Below are positions 1-11,800 of a stretch of DNA of 64,000 bases, in pieces. The stretch comes from a virus. Under the pieces are notes generated by a model. The model searched no databases. It had not been told where the DNA came from and saw only the letters and a program-made list of their open reading frames with translations. The stretch lies in the IMG/VR virus record IMGVR_UViG_3300042882_000881, positions 32,001 through 96,000 of that record. One strand, written 5' to 3'. The number at the start of each line of letters is the position of its first letter. Positions within the stretch are counted from its first letter, which is position 1. The position numbers were made by a program, and so were the translations under genes.

Positions 1-1
1 C

Positions 2-583
2 ATGGGATCCAGCATTTTCCCAGATGATATTCCTGGTGTATCAGCTCAAGTATTCGCTGGTGGCTCATGTTCTGATCCAAGAATTTGTGGAACTTACGTT
101 TCTGGTGGTGTTAACGCTCGCGTAACTGGCGAACAAGTTCAACAGGGCTTGTCCGCTGGTCACTCTGTACACTTTTCAAATATAACCGTTTCTTGTGACT
201 TTGGTGGTCGTGAACCAATCTATGAACTAGGTTCATTAAAGCCATATTACAGATATGTTTCTTTCCCAATCGAAGTAACATCAGAATTTGAAATTACTGG
301 TGTTCAAGGTGACTGCGTTGTTGTTGACGATGATCTTGGTGATGATGGCTCATACTGCCCAACAGAAACATCCAATCTAAGGAATCAAAAGATTGCGATT
401 GTAACTTGCGAAGGCACAAGTATTGATCTTGGTCACAAGAATAAACTTCAATCAGTAAATTATACTGGTGGAGATACTGGTGGCGGTAATGTTACCATAA
501 CATATAGCTATAGTAACTTTAATGATCTAGTTGTTGTTCATAATAGCTCAGATTCATTCCCAGGTCTTGGCGAAGGATCCTGA
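2..583 (+). CDS. Tail tube / major tail protein, C-terminal part (5'-truncated by the window)
   Basis: Beta-rich sequence with REPIYELG..PYYRYVSFP motif typical of tube proteins; lies upstream of chaperone-like genes and the tape measure gene. Confidence 0.6.
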   Translation: MGSSIFPDDIPGVSAQVFAGGSCSDPRICGTYVSGGVNARVTGEQVQQGLSAGHSVHFSNITVSCDFGGREPIYELGSLKPYYRYVSFPIEVTSEFEITGVQGDCVVVDDDLGDDGSYCPTETSNLRNQKIAIVTCEGTSIDLGHKNKLQSVNYTGGDTGGGNVTITYSYSNFNDLVVVHNSSDSFPGLGEGS

Positions 584-609
584 TAAATAAAAACTAGGAC
601 GATTGTGAT

Positions 610-1659
610 GTGGATAAGGACAAATTAATATTATCAAGAATTATTTCTGGGTCTTTAATCTTTAGATTTAAGGATCAATTACTATACTTGGTATATCCGT
701 CATTATCTATAAAATATGAATCAGAGATATATTATGAGGACTTATATGATAAATATAAATTCTCTGATTGGATAGTAGAATCTGACATATTAAATATACT
801 CAAGGAAAATAGATTGTGGTCGGATATGAATGAAAAGGAAATGTCTAATCTACAGAAGCAAATTGATCAAGTTAAAATAGAGTTATTTAAAAGCTTCTAT
901 GCTACTAAAAAACAAAAAAGCATAAGAGCCAAATTAAATAATCTTAAAGAAACTTATCAGAAATATTATAATGTTCGTCATAGTCTTGACCATCTTACCG
1001 TAGAAGGTTTTTGTGAAAAATACAAAAATGACTATCTACTAATTCATAGTATATTTAAAAAACAAGATGGTGAATTAATTAGATTCTTTGATAATTTAAA
1101 TCCAGATAGTAAATTATTAGAAGATGTTACATATGAAATAGGCCAACATTCTATAGATATTCCAGTGTTTAGAAGAATAGCAAGAGGAGATCTATGGAGA
1201 ACATATTGGTCAGCCAATAAAAATTTCTTGTTTGAAAAAGCATCATCAGAATGGACAGATGAACAACGAACACTAGTAGTTTTCAGCAAGATGTATGACT
1301 CTGCTCATGAAAGTACTGAGCCTCCACCAGATCCAGTATTCGATGATGATGATATGTTTGATGGTTGGATATTATTGCAGAATGAAAATGCTAATAAAGA
1401 AAAACAAAAGAAAACTGAAGATAAAGCTCTTGGATCAAAAATGTCAAAGGCTCAGGAAGTATTTTTCATGGCTAATTCATCAAATGATGCTTCAGATATA
1501 CATGATATGAATTCTAGTGTTACTAAAGCTATTATTAATGAAAGAAATACATCCATATTGAAACATAAAGATATTGATGCCACTAAATTACCAGATACTC
1601 AAAGAGAAATTGCTAGCATGAATCAAGAAGCATTTAAAAATAAACTAAGGAATAAATAA
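610..1659 (+). CDS. Hypothetical protein, possible tail assembly chaperone
   Basis: 349-aa charged helical ORF between tube and TMP; its LKENRLWSD..EK coiled segment resembles LVEQGLWDD..QK in the ORF at 1949. Confidence 0.45.
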   Translation: MDKDKLILSRIISGSLIFRFKDQLLYLVYPSLSIKYESEIYYEDLYDKYKFSDWIVESDILNILKENRLWSDMNEKEMSNLQKQIDQVKIELFKSFYATKKQKSIRAKLNNLKETYQKYYNVRHSLDHLTVEGFCEKYKNDYLLIHSIFKKQDGELIRFFDNLNPDSKLLEDVTYEIGQHSIDIPVFRRIARGDLWRTYWSANKNFLFEKASSEWTDEQRTLVVFSKMYDSAHESTEPPPDPVFDDDDMFDGWILLQNENANKEKQKKTEDKALGSKMSKAQEVFFMANSSNDASDIHDMNSSVTKAIINERNTSILKHKDIDATKLPDTQREIASMNQEAFKNKLRNK

Positions 1660-1952
1660 TGAATAATAAAAATATAGAATATATACTAAGAAAAAAAATT
1701 GAAACAACAATGATTGGAGCATTAGCTAGATTTGAAGAAGGATTCGGAGATCTCTGGGGATATAATACAGATAATCCAAGTCAAGAGCAAATAAGAAATA
1801 AAATGATATGGGAAAGAATACGCAATGAAATATTAGATCATGGTAATAATCAATTGCGTAAAGGAATGTCAGAATTACAAGGAAACAAAGATTTTGACAA
1901 AGTAAAGTATTCGTACTATTATAAGTTTAATAACAAGGAGAATAATCAATGA
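1659..1952 (+). CDS. Hypothetical protein
   Basis: 97-aa ORF with TAATG and ATGA overlaps to its neighbours. Confidence 0.6.
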   Translation: MNNKNIEYILRKKIETTMIGALARFEEGFGDLWGYNTDNPSQEQIRNKMIWERIRNEILDHGNNQLRKGMSELQGNKDFDKVKYSYYYKFNNKENNQ

Positions 1953-2800
1953 AGTCTTTAGATTTTACATACTCAGTCAATGGTGTTGATAAGAAATTTT
2001 CAGTAGTATTACCATCCTCTGATGATCAAAAAGAGGCCAATAGGGTATACAATACCGCGTTTAGTGATGCTATAAAAGCCAAGGCTTTGGTCAGAGCAAA
2101 ATTAGACGATGTTCTTGTTGAACAAGGATTATGGGATGATAAAAAGCAAAAAGATTTCAATGATCTGCAAAATTCTATTCTTGAGGGAGAGAGAAGATTA
2201 GCTAAGGGTGGTATACAACTAACAGAAGCTAAAAAGGTGGCTCTACAAATGAAAAAAGATAGAGCAGACTTAAGAGATTTAATTTCGGTCAAAACCAATC
2301 TAGATACTCATACCGCAGAAGGTCAAGCTGATAATGCTAGATTTAATTATTTAGTATCATCCTGTTTGGTGTATTCTGATACTAAAGAGACTTACTTTAA
2401 AGGATATCAGGACTATTTAAGTAGGGCTGCTGAACCTGTTTCTATATTGGCTGCTCAGCATTTGGCTTCTATGTTGTATGGCTTAGACAGCGACTATGAA
2501 GAAAAATTGCCAGAGAATAAGTTTTTGATGAAATATAAATTTGTTAATGATAAATTAAGATTAATTAATAAAGATAATCAACTAATTGATGAAGAAGGCA
2601 GGCTAGTAGATGAAACCGGAAGATTCATTAATGACAAAGGAGAATTCGTTGACAAAGAAGGAAACGTTGTTAATGAAAAAGGAGATTATCTCTTCGAATT
2701 TCAGCCATTCTTGGATGAAAGCGGAAAGCCTATTGTCGAATCTGCTCCAATTAAAGAGTCAGAACCAGAAGAACTATCCAAAGAAGAATCGCCAACTTGA
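1949..2800 (+). CDS. Putative tail assembly chaperone with C-terminal 7-aa beta-hairpin repeats
   Basis: Immediately upstream of TMP; AAGGAG RBS; repeats LINKDNQ/LIDEEGR/LVDETGR/FINDKGE/FVDKEGN/VVNEKGD. Confidence 0.5.
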   Translation: MKSLDFTYSVNGVDKKFSVVLPSSDDQKEANRVYNTAFSDAIKAKALVRAKLDDVLVEQGLWDDKKQKDFNDLQNSILEGERRLAKGGIQLTEAKKVALQMKKDRADLRDLISVKTNLDTHTAEGQADNARFNYLVSSCLVYSDTKETYFKGYQDYLSRAAEPVSILAAQHLASMLYGLDSDYEEKLPENKFLMKYKFVNDKLRLINKDNQLIDEEGRLVDETGRFINDKGEFVDKEGNVVNEKGDYLFEFQPFLDESGKPIVESAPIKESEPEELSKEESPT

Positions 2801-2828
2801 TATCAATATACTAACTTTTAATCAAAAG

Positions 2829-2865
2829 ATCCCATCTTCTACATTTAGAGGGTGGGATTTTTTTT
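2829..2865 (+). terminator. Rho-independent terminator upstream of the tape measure gene
   Basis: Stem ATCCCATCTTCT / AGAGGGTGGGAT (with G-U pairs), 6-nt loop, followed by a T8 tract. Confidence 0.8.
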
Positions 2866-2876
2866 GGAGATAATTA

Positions 2877-5800
2877 ATGGCCAAAACCTTTAATCTTACT
2901 GCACAAATAAACTTACAAGGTCCAGCTAATATAAAGCCTATTGTAGCACAAATTAGGCGAGAGCTAGGAACCATAAATACTGCTATTGATATTAAGTTTG
3001 ATACTAAAGCAGCCAAAGGTGTTGACAATTTATCTCAAAAAATACAAAGTTTAAATAGCATATTAATTGAAACTACTAAAAATAGTCAAATATTAGCTTC
3101 TTCATTAAATAATCTTGGAACATCTATTAAAGGATTAGGATCTATTGGTAAGGTTAATAGTTCAGTTAGTAAAACCGCACAAAGTATAACTTCCACAGCA
3201 AAAGCTGTTAAAACAGCAAGTTCAGAAATGGAAGAGTTTGGTAAACAGTCTGCTCTTGCTGTACGAAGATTTGCAGCATTTAGCGTTGTTAGTGCTGGAG
3301 TATTTTCATTAGTTAATGCTGTTAGAAATGGAACTAAGGCTTTTATTGAATTTGATAAACAGCTTATTAGATTACAACAAGTTACTGGTGGTGGTAGCGT
3401 TGGTATCAAATCATTGAGAGACGAAATTATAAACTTAGCAACCACTCTTGGTGTTAGTAGTGAGTCATTAACAGAAGTTGCTGTTACTCTTGCTCAGGCC
3501 GGTTTGAGTGCCAAGGAAACTCAACAAGCACTTGCTGCTTTAGCTAAGACAGAATTGGCTCCGTCATTCGATAATATGACAGAAACCACAGAAGGTGCTA
3601 TTGCTGCAATGAGACAGTTTTCTATAGAAACAAAAGATTTAGAAAAAGTTTTAGGCTCTATTAATGCTGTTGCAGCAGCATTCGCTGTAGAATCTAGCGA
3701 TATCATTACCGCTATTCAAAGGGCTGGTGGAGCATTTGCTGCTTCTAGCAAGGGTGTTAGTGAAGGGGCTGATGCATTAAATGAATTTATTGCTATCTTT
3801 ACTAGCGTTAGAGCAACAACTCGTGAAAGCGCAGAAACTATTGCTACTGGCTTAAGAACAATTTTTACTCGTATTCAAAGAGGAAGCACAATTGACTTCC
3901 TAAGAGAATTTAATGTTGAATTAACTGATAGCGAAGGAAAATTCGTTGGTCCATATGAAGGAGTTAAAAGATTAAGTGAAGTATTAAAAACTTTAGATCC
4001 TAGAGATTTAAGATTTTCTCAAATTGTTGAAGAGCTTGGTGGATTCCGACAAATTGGTAAGGTTATTCCTTTAATTCAACAATTCGGAGAAGCACAAAAA
4101 GCATTAGGTGTTGCTCAAAGAGGACAAGGAAGCTTAACAGATGCTCAAGTTAAAGCTCAACAATCATTAGCTAATCAAATTGCTAAGGTTAGAGAACAAT
4201 TTCTAGCATTATCATATGCTGTAGGTGAAAGTCAAACATTCAAAAGCTTATTTAAAATAGTTATTGGTTTAACTAGTGGACTAATTAAATTAGCTAGCGT
4301 TTTTAAACCATTATTACCACTGATAGCAACACTTGGTATTATTCAAGGTGGTAAAGCATTAACTAAATTCGGTAGCGGTTTTATTAGTGGTATTAAAAAA
4401 GGGGGAGGAGCAGGAGGAGTTGGTACAAATCTGGGAGAAAGTCTTAGTGGCGTTAATAGCGAAAAAACTGCCATAGCAGCAGAAAAAACAGCATCCGCAT
4501 TAACAGATAATACTAAATCAATAACAACATTAACAGCAGCTGTTGAGTCTTTAACTCAAGCTATTAACTCTAGAGGCCCAGCCACACTTAATAATGGTGG
4601 AAAAGTAATGGCTTTTGCTAGAGGTGGAAGTGTTCCTGGATCTGGTAATAGAGATACTGTTCCAGCAATGCTTATGCCAGGAGAATTCGTTATACGAAAG
4701 AAAGCTGTTGAAAAACTTGGTGCTGATAATTTACACAAGATGAATAAGTATGCTTATGGTGGCACAGTTAAAGATTTAAGCAAATATTATAAATCTATTC
4801 CCACCAAAAAGGGTTATGAAAATCTTGAGAATCAACCAATAAGAGACAATTCTATATTTAAAGAAGTTAAACCAACTGATTTAACAACAGATCAGATAGA
4901 AGAGTGGAGAGGCAGCGATATTCCAAGATGGAAAAAATTTGAATATGTATTATCTAAAAACTATAATCTAGGACCACCAGCAGCTGAACAGTTTGCTTTA
5001 TTAGATTTTCCACAATCTAGATCAGAAGCAAAATTTATGAAGAAGGGCGATACATATGATGATTATGATTCTATTAAAGGTAATAATGAAGCAACCATAG
5101 CGGCTAAAAATTTTCTTTATGAAAATAGTTTACTATCAGGAAAAGCAAATCTTAAGCCAGACCAACTGCTGACCAGAGCAATAGCCAACAAACCAGTTAC
5201 TACATACTGGGCAGATCCAACAAAATTTGCCGCACAAGGTTTGAATAAGGGTGGATTAATTCAAAAATTCCTACTTGGTGGAACAGTAGAAGAAACCTCT
5301 AAGTTAGAGAATATGACTGTTCAAGATTCTGTCATAGCATGGCTAAAAGAACTTGGAGGAATTCAAGGAGTAAAAGATATTAGTGGCGTTGCTGGTAATG
5401 ATAGATCATTAGATAGCATTTTAAGATTAAATAATATCAAATCTGGAGACAATACTAAATTAAGTAAAGCTATTGAAGCCGTAGACAGAGCATTAGCTAA
5501 TAAAACTGCTAAAAAAGCTAGAGAAGCACAATCTATTAATAAGGCACTTAAGCTTGGTATTGTTGGATTAGAACCATTAGGATTTAGTCAAGATAGAGTA
5601 TTTGATACTGGATTTGGTAAAGCTGCTTTATTACTCAGAGGATTACCTAATAGTCCTGAGTATACTGATTTAGTTGGTAAAACCAGAGCCGGCGTTGCTA
5701 AATTATCAACAGATCTTGCTACTGGATTTCAAACTGCTACTGCTTTTGGAGGAAGTCAACCAATAGCATTAGATTTTGATGAAACATTAGTTAAAGGAGC

Positions 5801-8800
5801 AGATATTTTTGGTCCAGATGGAAAACCAGATATTCCAGCATATGACGATCTTAACAGAGTTAAAGAGGCTCTTCAGAATGGACAACCAACAGAACTAGCA
5901 CAAAAATTAAAATCTATTATGGATTTTGATCCATCATTTATAGATAGAATAAGAGTATTAACAGCCAGACCACAAGAGAATGCTAATCTTTTAGCTGAAA
6001 AACTAAACTCTATCGGATTACCAATTCCAGCATCTAAAATACAAGGAACACGAGGTGGTGGATCAACAAAGGCTTCTAAACTTGGTGTTGCAGAAAAATT
6101 AATAGATGATAATTATGATAATATTTTAGCTGCAATTGCTCAAGGTAAAACAGCTAAACAATATGCTGAATTAAGAGAAATACAAGATGCTGAACAAAGA
6201 GCTGGAGGTATTGCTAATGCAGAAGGAGCAGTACTACAATTAGCCTTGTCTCAACTGGGCGCTCAAGGAGGAACTATAAAAGAAGCTGCTATAGACTTTG
6301 AAAGAGGTCTAGGTTTACAAGCCTCACAAATATTTGGTCTTCCTCCAGATATTCCAACAGAAGTTAAAAGAACTCTTAGTAGCGCTGCTATTGGGCGAGC
6401 AGAAGATGAATTTACTAGATATTTTAAAGAAAACTACGGCCCATTTCCTAAAGGATCTGATGTTTATGGTTTTAATAAAAGTACTGGCTTACCAATAAGT
6501 AAATTTGCTGACGGTGGAGAAGTTTATAGTGCAAAACAATTGGTATCATTAGCCAAGTATAGAACAGGTAACGGCCCTGGAGGTGGAACTAATAGTGAAT
6601 TTATAAATAGATATTTAGAAGATAATGACTCTTTCATGGAATATCTTAAAACTTTCCATGCTGATCCACCCAAAGCGTATGACGCTACAAAGAATGCCGC
6701 AAAAGATTTATTGGAAATGTTTAGTAGCCAAGAATCAATGAGTGGATCAAAACGTTCTGGTAAACTATATTCTACAGTTGCTGGAGGGAAACTAAAGACT
6801 CTTTTAACTCAAATTGGTAATCCATTAAATTCTAATAAAGATATTTCTGATGCTATTGGAAAAACTTTTAATTTAAATGGCTCATTATTATCAACCAGTG
6901 AATCACCAGACACTGCTAGTATGTTCCAGCCAGAAAATGGCTCTAGTGCAATGTTAAGTATTATAAGAAATAAAAATATCCCATCTATTGATGTTGATAA
7001 AACAGTATTTGATACTGCTACAGAAGACGATGTTATAAAAGCTCTATCAAAATACATGGATCCTGTTTCTGGCAAAAGTGGAGCAGATTATCTAAGTAGA
7101 AGTCGCTCAGGCACAAGGTTAGAGAGAGAATTCATTCTACCACCATCTTCAAAATTTAGAATAGATGATATTGATAGAATATATACTAAGGACCAAGAAG
7201 ATAAATTATTAGGTGGAAATATTCGTCATATAGAAGGAATGAAAGTTCAGCAGTTTAAAGATGGAGGAATGGCATTTGGTAAAGAAAATGAATTTGAAAA
7301 AATCAGACAAAAAATATTAAATCAATATCCAGATATTAATTTTAGAATTTCCAGACGAAAGAATGGTTTTGGATACAATATACTAGGCGGACTAAAACAA
7401 GAAGGTAGTAATATTGGTAATTATGCAGAATTTAAGCAAGCTGGTAATCTTTCTAAATTACAAGAAGTTGCTGATAATATGGCGTCCTCTCTGCTATATG
7501 AATATGGTCCAAATATAGATCCGTCTCTTCTCAAAAAGATGCAAAATAAAAGAAAATTTGCAAACGGAGGGTCTGCACAGGATACCGTACCAGCATTATT
7601 GACCCCTGGTGAATTTGTTATCAATAAAAAAGCTGCACAAAAAATTGGATATAGTAAATTACATCAGATGAATAAAGCTGATAAAATACAAGGATATAAT
7701 AAGGGTGGTTCTGTAGGATTAGTTCAAAAATTTGCTGATGGTGGAGACGTTAGGGAAACTCAAGATTGGGCAGATGCATTGCGAGCAATTGGAAATAGTG
7801 CTCTACCAGACTTAGATGATGCTATAGAAGATGTTGCTAAACAATTTGAAGCTCTTGGTAAATTAGATGTGTCTAAAGCTCTTAGGGAAGCTATAGATCC
7901 AAGTCTTAACAGAGATCAACAATCGCGAGCCATAGGAGGAAGTGCAAGAAATACTGCTATATATGAAAATAATTCAGTAAAAGACTCGGCAGGAAATATA
8001 ACAAATGTTAATCCTGGACTAGATGCTCTTGCTGCTAGTATAGAACGTAATATTGAAGCTCAAAAGATTTTTACAATTGAAGCAGAAAGAGCCGGTATAA
8101 GTTTGAAGGATTTTGAGTCCAAAGTTAAATCTCAAAATTTAGAAAAAGCACTATCTGGCATAAATCAAAGACAAGACTCTAGAGGTTTATTAAGAAGAGA
8201 TTTTATCAAATCTAAGCTAACTGGCCTAGACACTCCTGATAAACTATCTGATGCCAGAGACACATTAATTTCTAGCTTATCTGAACTGTTAAAACCAGAT
8301 GAAGTTGAAAAAGCTATTGATGCTATAATTAGTGGAGCAGAAGCTGGTCAAAGTTTAGAAGATGTTGCTAAAACTTCTGACGAAGTTAAGAAAGCTCTTG
8401 ATGCTTCTATAGATAGAACAGAAGCTCTTAGCAAAGCAGAACAAGATTTAATTGATAATTTTGGAGAATTAACTAATAGTGTTAGAATAACAGCAGAAGA
8501 ATTAGCGGCTTTTGAATATAAAAAATCAGGTAGAGCACAAGAAGAATTTGGGATGTTGGGTGGCTTTAATCCTAGTGGAGCATTAGCGTTTAAAAATAGT
8601 AAAACCGGAGGAGGACTATTATCAGCCGCTCAAAACTTCCAACAAACCGCTGGATTAGGCAAATTGCCATTTATAGGGAAAAATATTGGAGTATTTACTA
8701 AAGCTTTAGAAGGTCTTCCTGGTCCAATTGGTAATGCTATTAAATCTATAGGAGGATTACCAGGGGCATTGGCTGCTGTTACATCTATTATTGGTAGTGA

Positions 8801-11800
8801 AGTTATACCACAACTATTAAAAGCTACTAATATGGGAACTAGTGAAATTGGTGCTGGAGTAGGAGGAGCATTAGCTGAAGGAGGTAGCAGAGCAGTTAGC
8901 TTAGGAACAATAGGAAATCAATTAGCAGGACCAATAGGTGGACTAATAGGGTTAGTAACAGGAGCATTATCTGGTGCCATAGATGGTTTTGTTAAAGCAT
9001 TTCAAACTAAAAAATTAGAAAATAGTATAGCTCAATTAGATAAAAGTATAGAACTAGTAGATAAATCATTTGAAAATTTAGCTAAAAAAGATAATTTACA
9101 AAATATTACAGCTGCACAAAAGTCTTTAGGTGGAATTTCCAGTAGTTTTTCTGATTTGAAAACTCAATCAGAAATTAGTCCAATGGAAAGAGCTGCTTCT
9201 GGTGCTTCTACAAGTGCTCTAGTGGCTGGAGGCGCCGCTATTACAGCATTAGTTGCAGTATTAGCTGGTATTCCTACTTTTGGATTCGGAACAGCAGCAG
9301 TATTAGGAACAGCAGCAGTTGTTGGTGGTGTTGCTGGTGGAGTTTATGGCTCAACAATGAGAGCTCCATCTGAATTAGATGATGAAGCACTTCAATCATC
9401 ATTAAGAGCTGCTGAAAAATATATTGAAGGATTGAATAGACTAGCAGAAAGAGATATTAAATTAAAGAGTCTTTCCCAGTTAGAAGAAGTGACTAGTGAG
9501 ATAGATCAAATTAATAAAGATCTTGCTGGTGGTAAAATTGGATCAGCTGATGCTGAAGCATTAAAAAAGAATAAATTTATTGAACTTGGTGCAAAAAGTG
9601 CTCAAATTGAAAATGCTCAAAGAAGCGCTCTTGTTAATAGTGGAATAAATATCAGAGCAGATCAGCCATTAGCTCAACAAATAAATGGTAATGATCAGGC
9701 TATGAAAATTGCGGCGGCAGCAGCAGAACAAGCAGCATACATTGCTGGTATGGATAAGCTTAAAAGGCAATATGGTGATAATAACGCTATGCTTAGGAAA
9801 GAAAGTGCAGACAGGCAAAAGGTCATTGCTCTTGGAAATGAAGAATTAGGTATGCAATCTTATCAAATGGCATCAACAGAAAGATTGATTAGATTAACAA
9901 AAGATATGGCAAAAGAAACAGAAGCTTTAGTAGAAGCTTATAATAGAGCATTAGCTGGTATAGGTCGCTTTAAGAATGAATTAGAAAACTTTGTATTAAA
10001 AACAGAACAAAATGCTTCATTCTTTACTGGTGAAGGTGGAATGGGTCAAACTGATAGAACTCAAGAGCAAATGCTCAGAAATATGACAGCTTATACTGCT
10101 CAAGAATTAGCTCCAGTATTAGATAATGTAACATCGTTGGCAGGAGGTGGTGAACAAGGTAAAAAATTAACTGATAGTATTAAAGCTAGTAAAATTATGC
10201 AAGATATTTTACCAGGAATATTAAGAAATGCTGACGCTAGAAATGTTGGTGATGTAACAGCAAAAGTAGATCAAGCATTAGCTGGACAAGGCATAGGAAA
10301 GACTGTAAGAACAACTCTTGTGGATGAACTTAGAGAATACCTAAAAAAAGAAACTGGCAACAGAAGCGGAGATAGCTTTCAGGAAGTATTAGCCAATTTC
10401 CCTGCACTAGCAGACGCAATAAATACTGCTAAAAAAGCACAAGAAGTTGGAATAGCCATATTAGAAGCTCAAAATGATGCTCTTGATCAGGTTAATAAAC
10501 AACTAGATCAATATAACAAATATTTAAAACAATCATTACAATGGAGCATCAAGGCTGATCAGATACGTTTACAAGGAGCTATTGATCTTGATAGGGCTCT
10601 TGGTCGCACAGTATCACTAGATAGATTAAATGCTCCTATTGAGAACGAAATTAAAGCTTTAAGCGGCATTAATTCATCAGATCCTGTTGCTATAGCCAAT
10701 CAAATCAGAGCAGATCAAGCCAGAGCAGAAGCTATAAATGGTACTAATGGTCAGAGAGGACTAATGGATCAAGCTAAAGCAAGAGGCGAAGCTGGAAAAG
10801 ATGAAGTTGCTAAATTAGCTAAAGAACAAGCTGATCTTGCTAGAGCTTCAAGTAATGCTTACGAAGCTCTTGAAAAACTTGCTACTAGTGGAGATATTGC
10901 ATCTAATGTGTTGAGTAAAATTGAAGAAGAAAGACAATTAGGTAAAAACTTTATAGATTTTGCTAGGAAAGTATCAACACAAACTGCTGAAGAAGCTATT
11001 CGTATGAATAGATCTTTTGCGGCATTCGAACAAACAATTGCTGGTAATATGAATTTTGGTAATAGAGAAAATAGACAATTAGCTTATGAAGGAATGGATA
11101 CTCTACTTCCATTACTAAGAGGATCAACAGAAGGCAATCAAATCATAGCAAGATTTACTAAAAATATGCTTGCTAACCAAGGTGTCGATCTTAATAAGAA
11201 ATTTGGTAATACTGGAAGTACTATTGGAGAATTAATAGATGCTGGTACAACTGGTATTGATCCTGGCACACAAAAATTAATTGATCTATATACCAAAGCT
11301 AAAGATGCCCAAGAACAAGCAGCAAGAGAATTAGCTAATCTTAATGGATCAGCAGCAAATAAGTATCTTGAAAGTACAGCAACAATACTAAATAATCTTT
11401 ATAATAGTTTACCAGCAATCATAGCTAGCGCTCTATTAGATCCTCAAAAAGCGGCTAATGGTCAAGTTCAAGCTCCAGCACTACAAAATAATGCTCAATT
11501 ACCAAATGTTCCTCCTGATCCTAACAAGCCAATTCCAGTTGTTGTGCAAAATGCTCAACAAGCAGGAGGATTAGCTAATGGAGCACCAGTAGTTGGTCAA
11601 AATATTGCTGGGCCAGCCAATGCTCAAGCTTTTAATGCTATGGCCACAACAGTTCCAAAATTAGATCTAACAATGTTAAATACTATTAGAAGTATCGATA
11701 CATTAAATGTTGGAATAGTGAATCTTGGCACAACAGTTAAAGATTTAGCAGATAAATTAGCTGATTCTTCAGCAATGGTTGATGCTATGACAATTTTTGA

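Noticed and set aside
2610-2873. Alternative-frame ORF ending just before the TMP (possible G/GT-type chaperone frameshift)
   Set aside because: It is in the +1 frame, I see no clear slippery heptamer, and its end runs through the terminator hairpin
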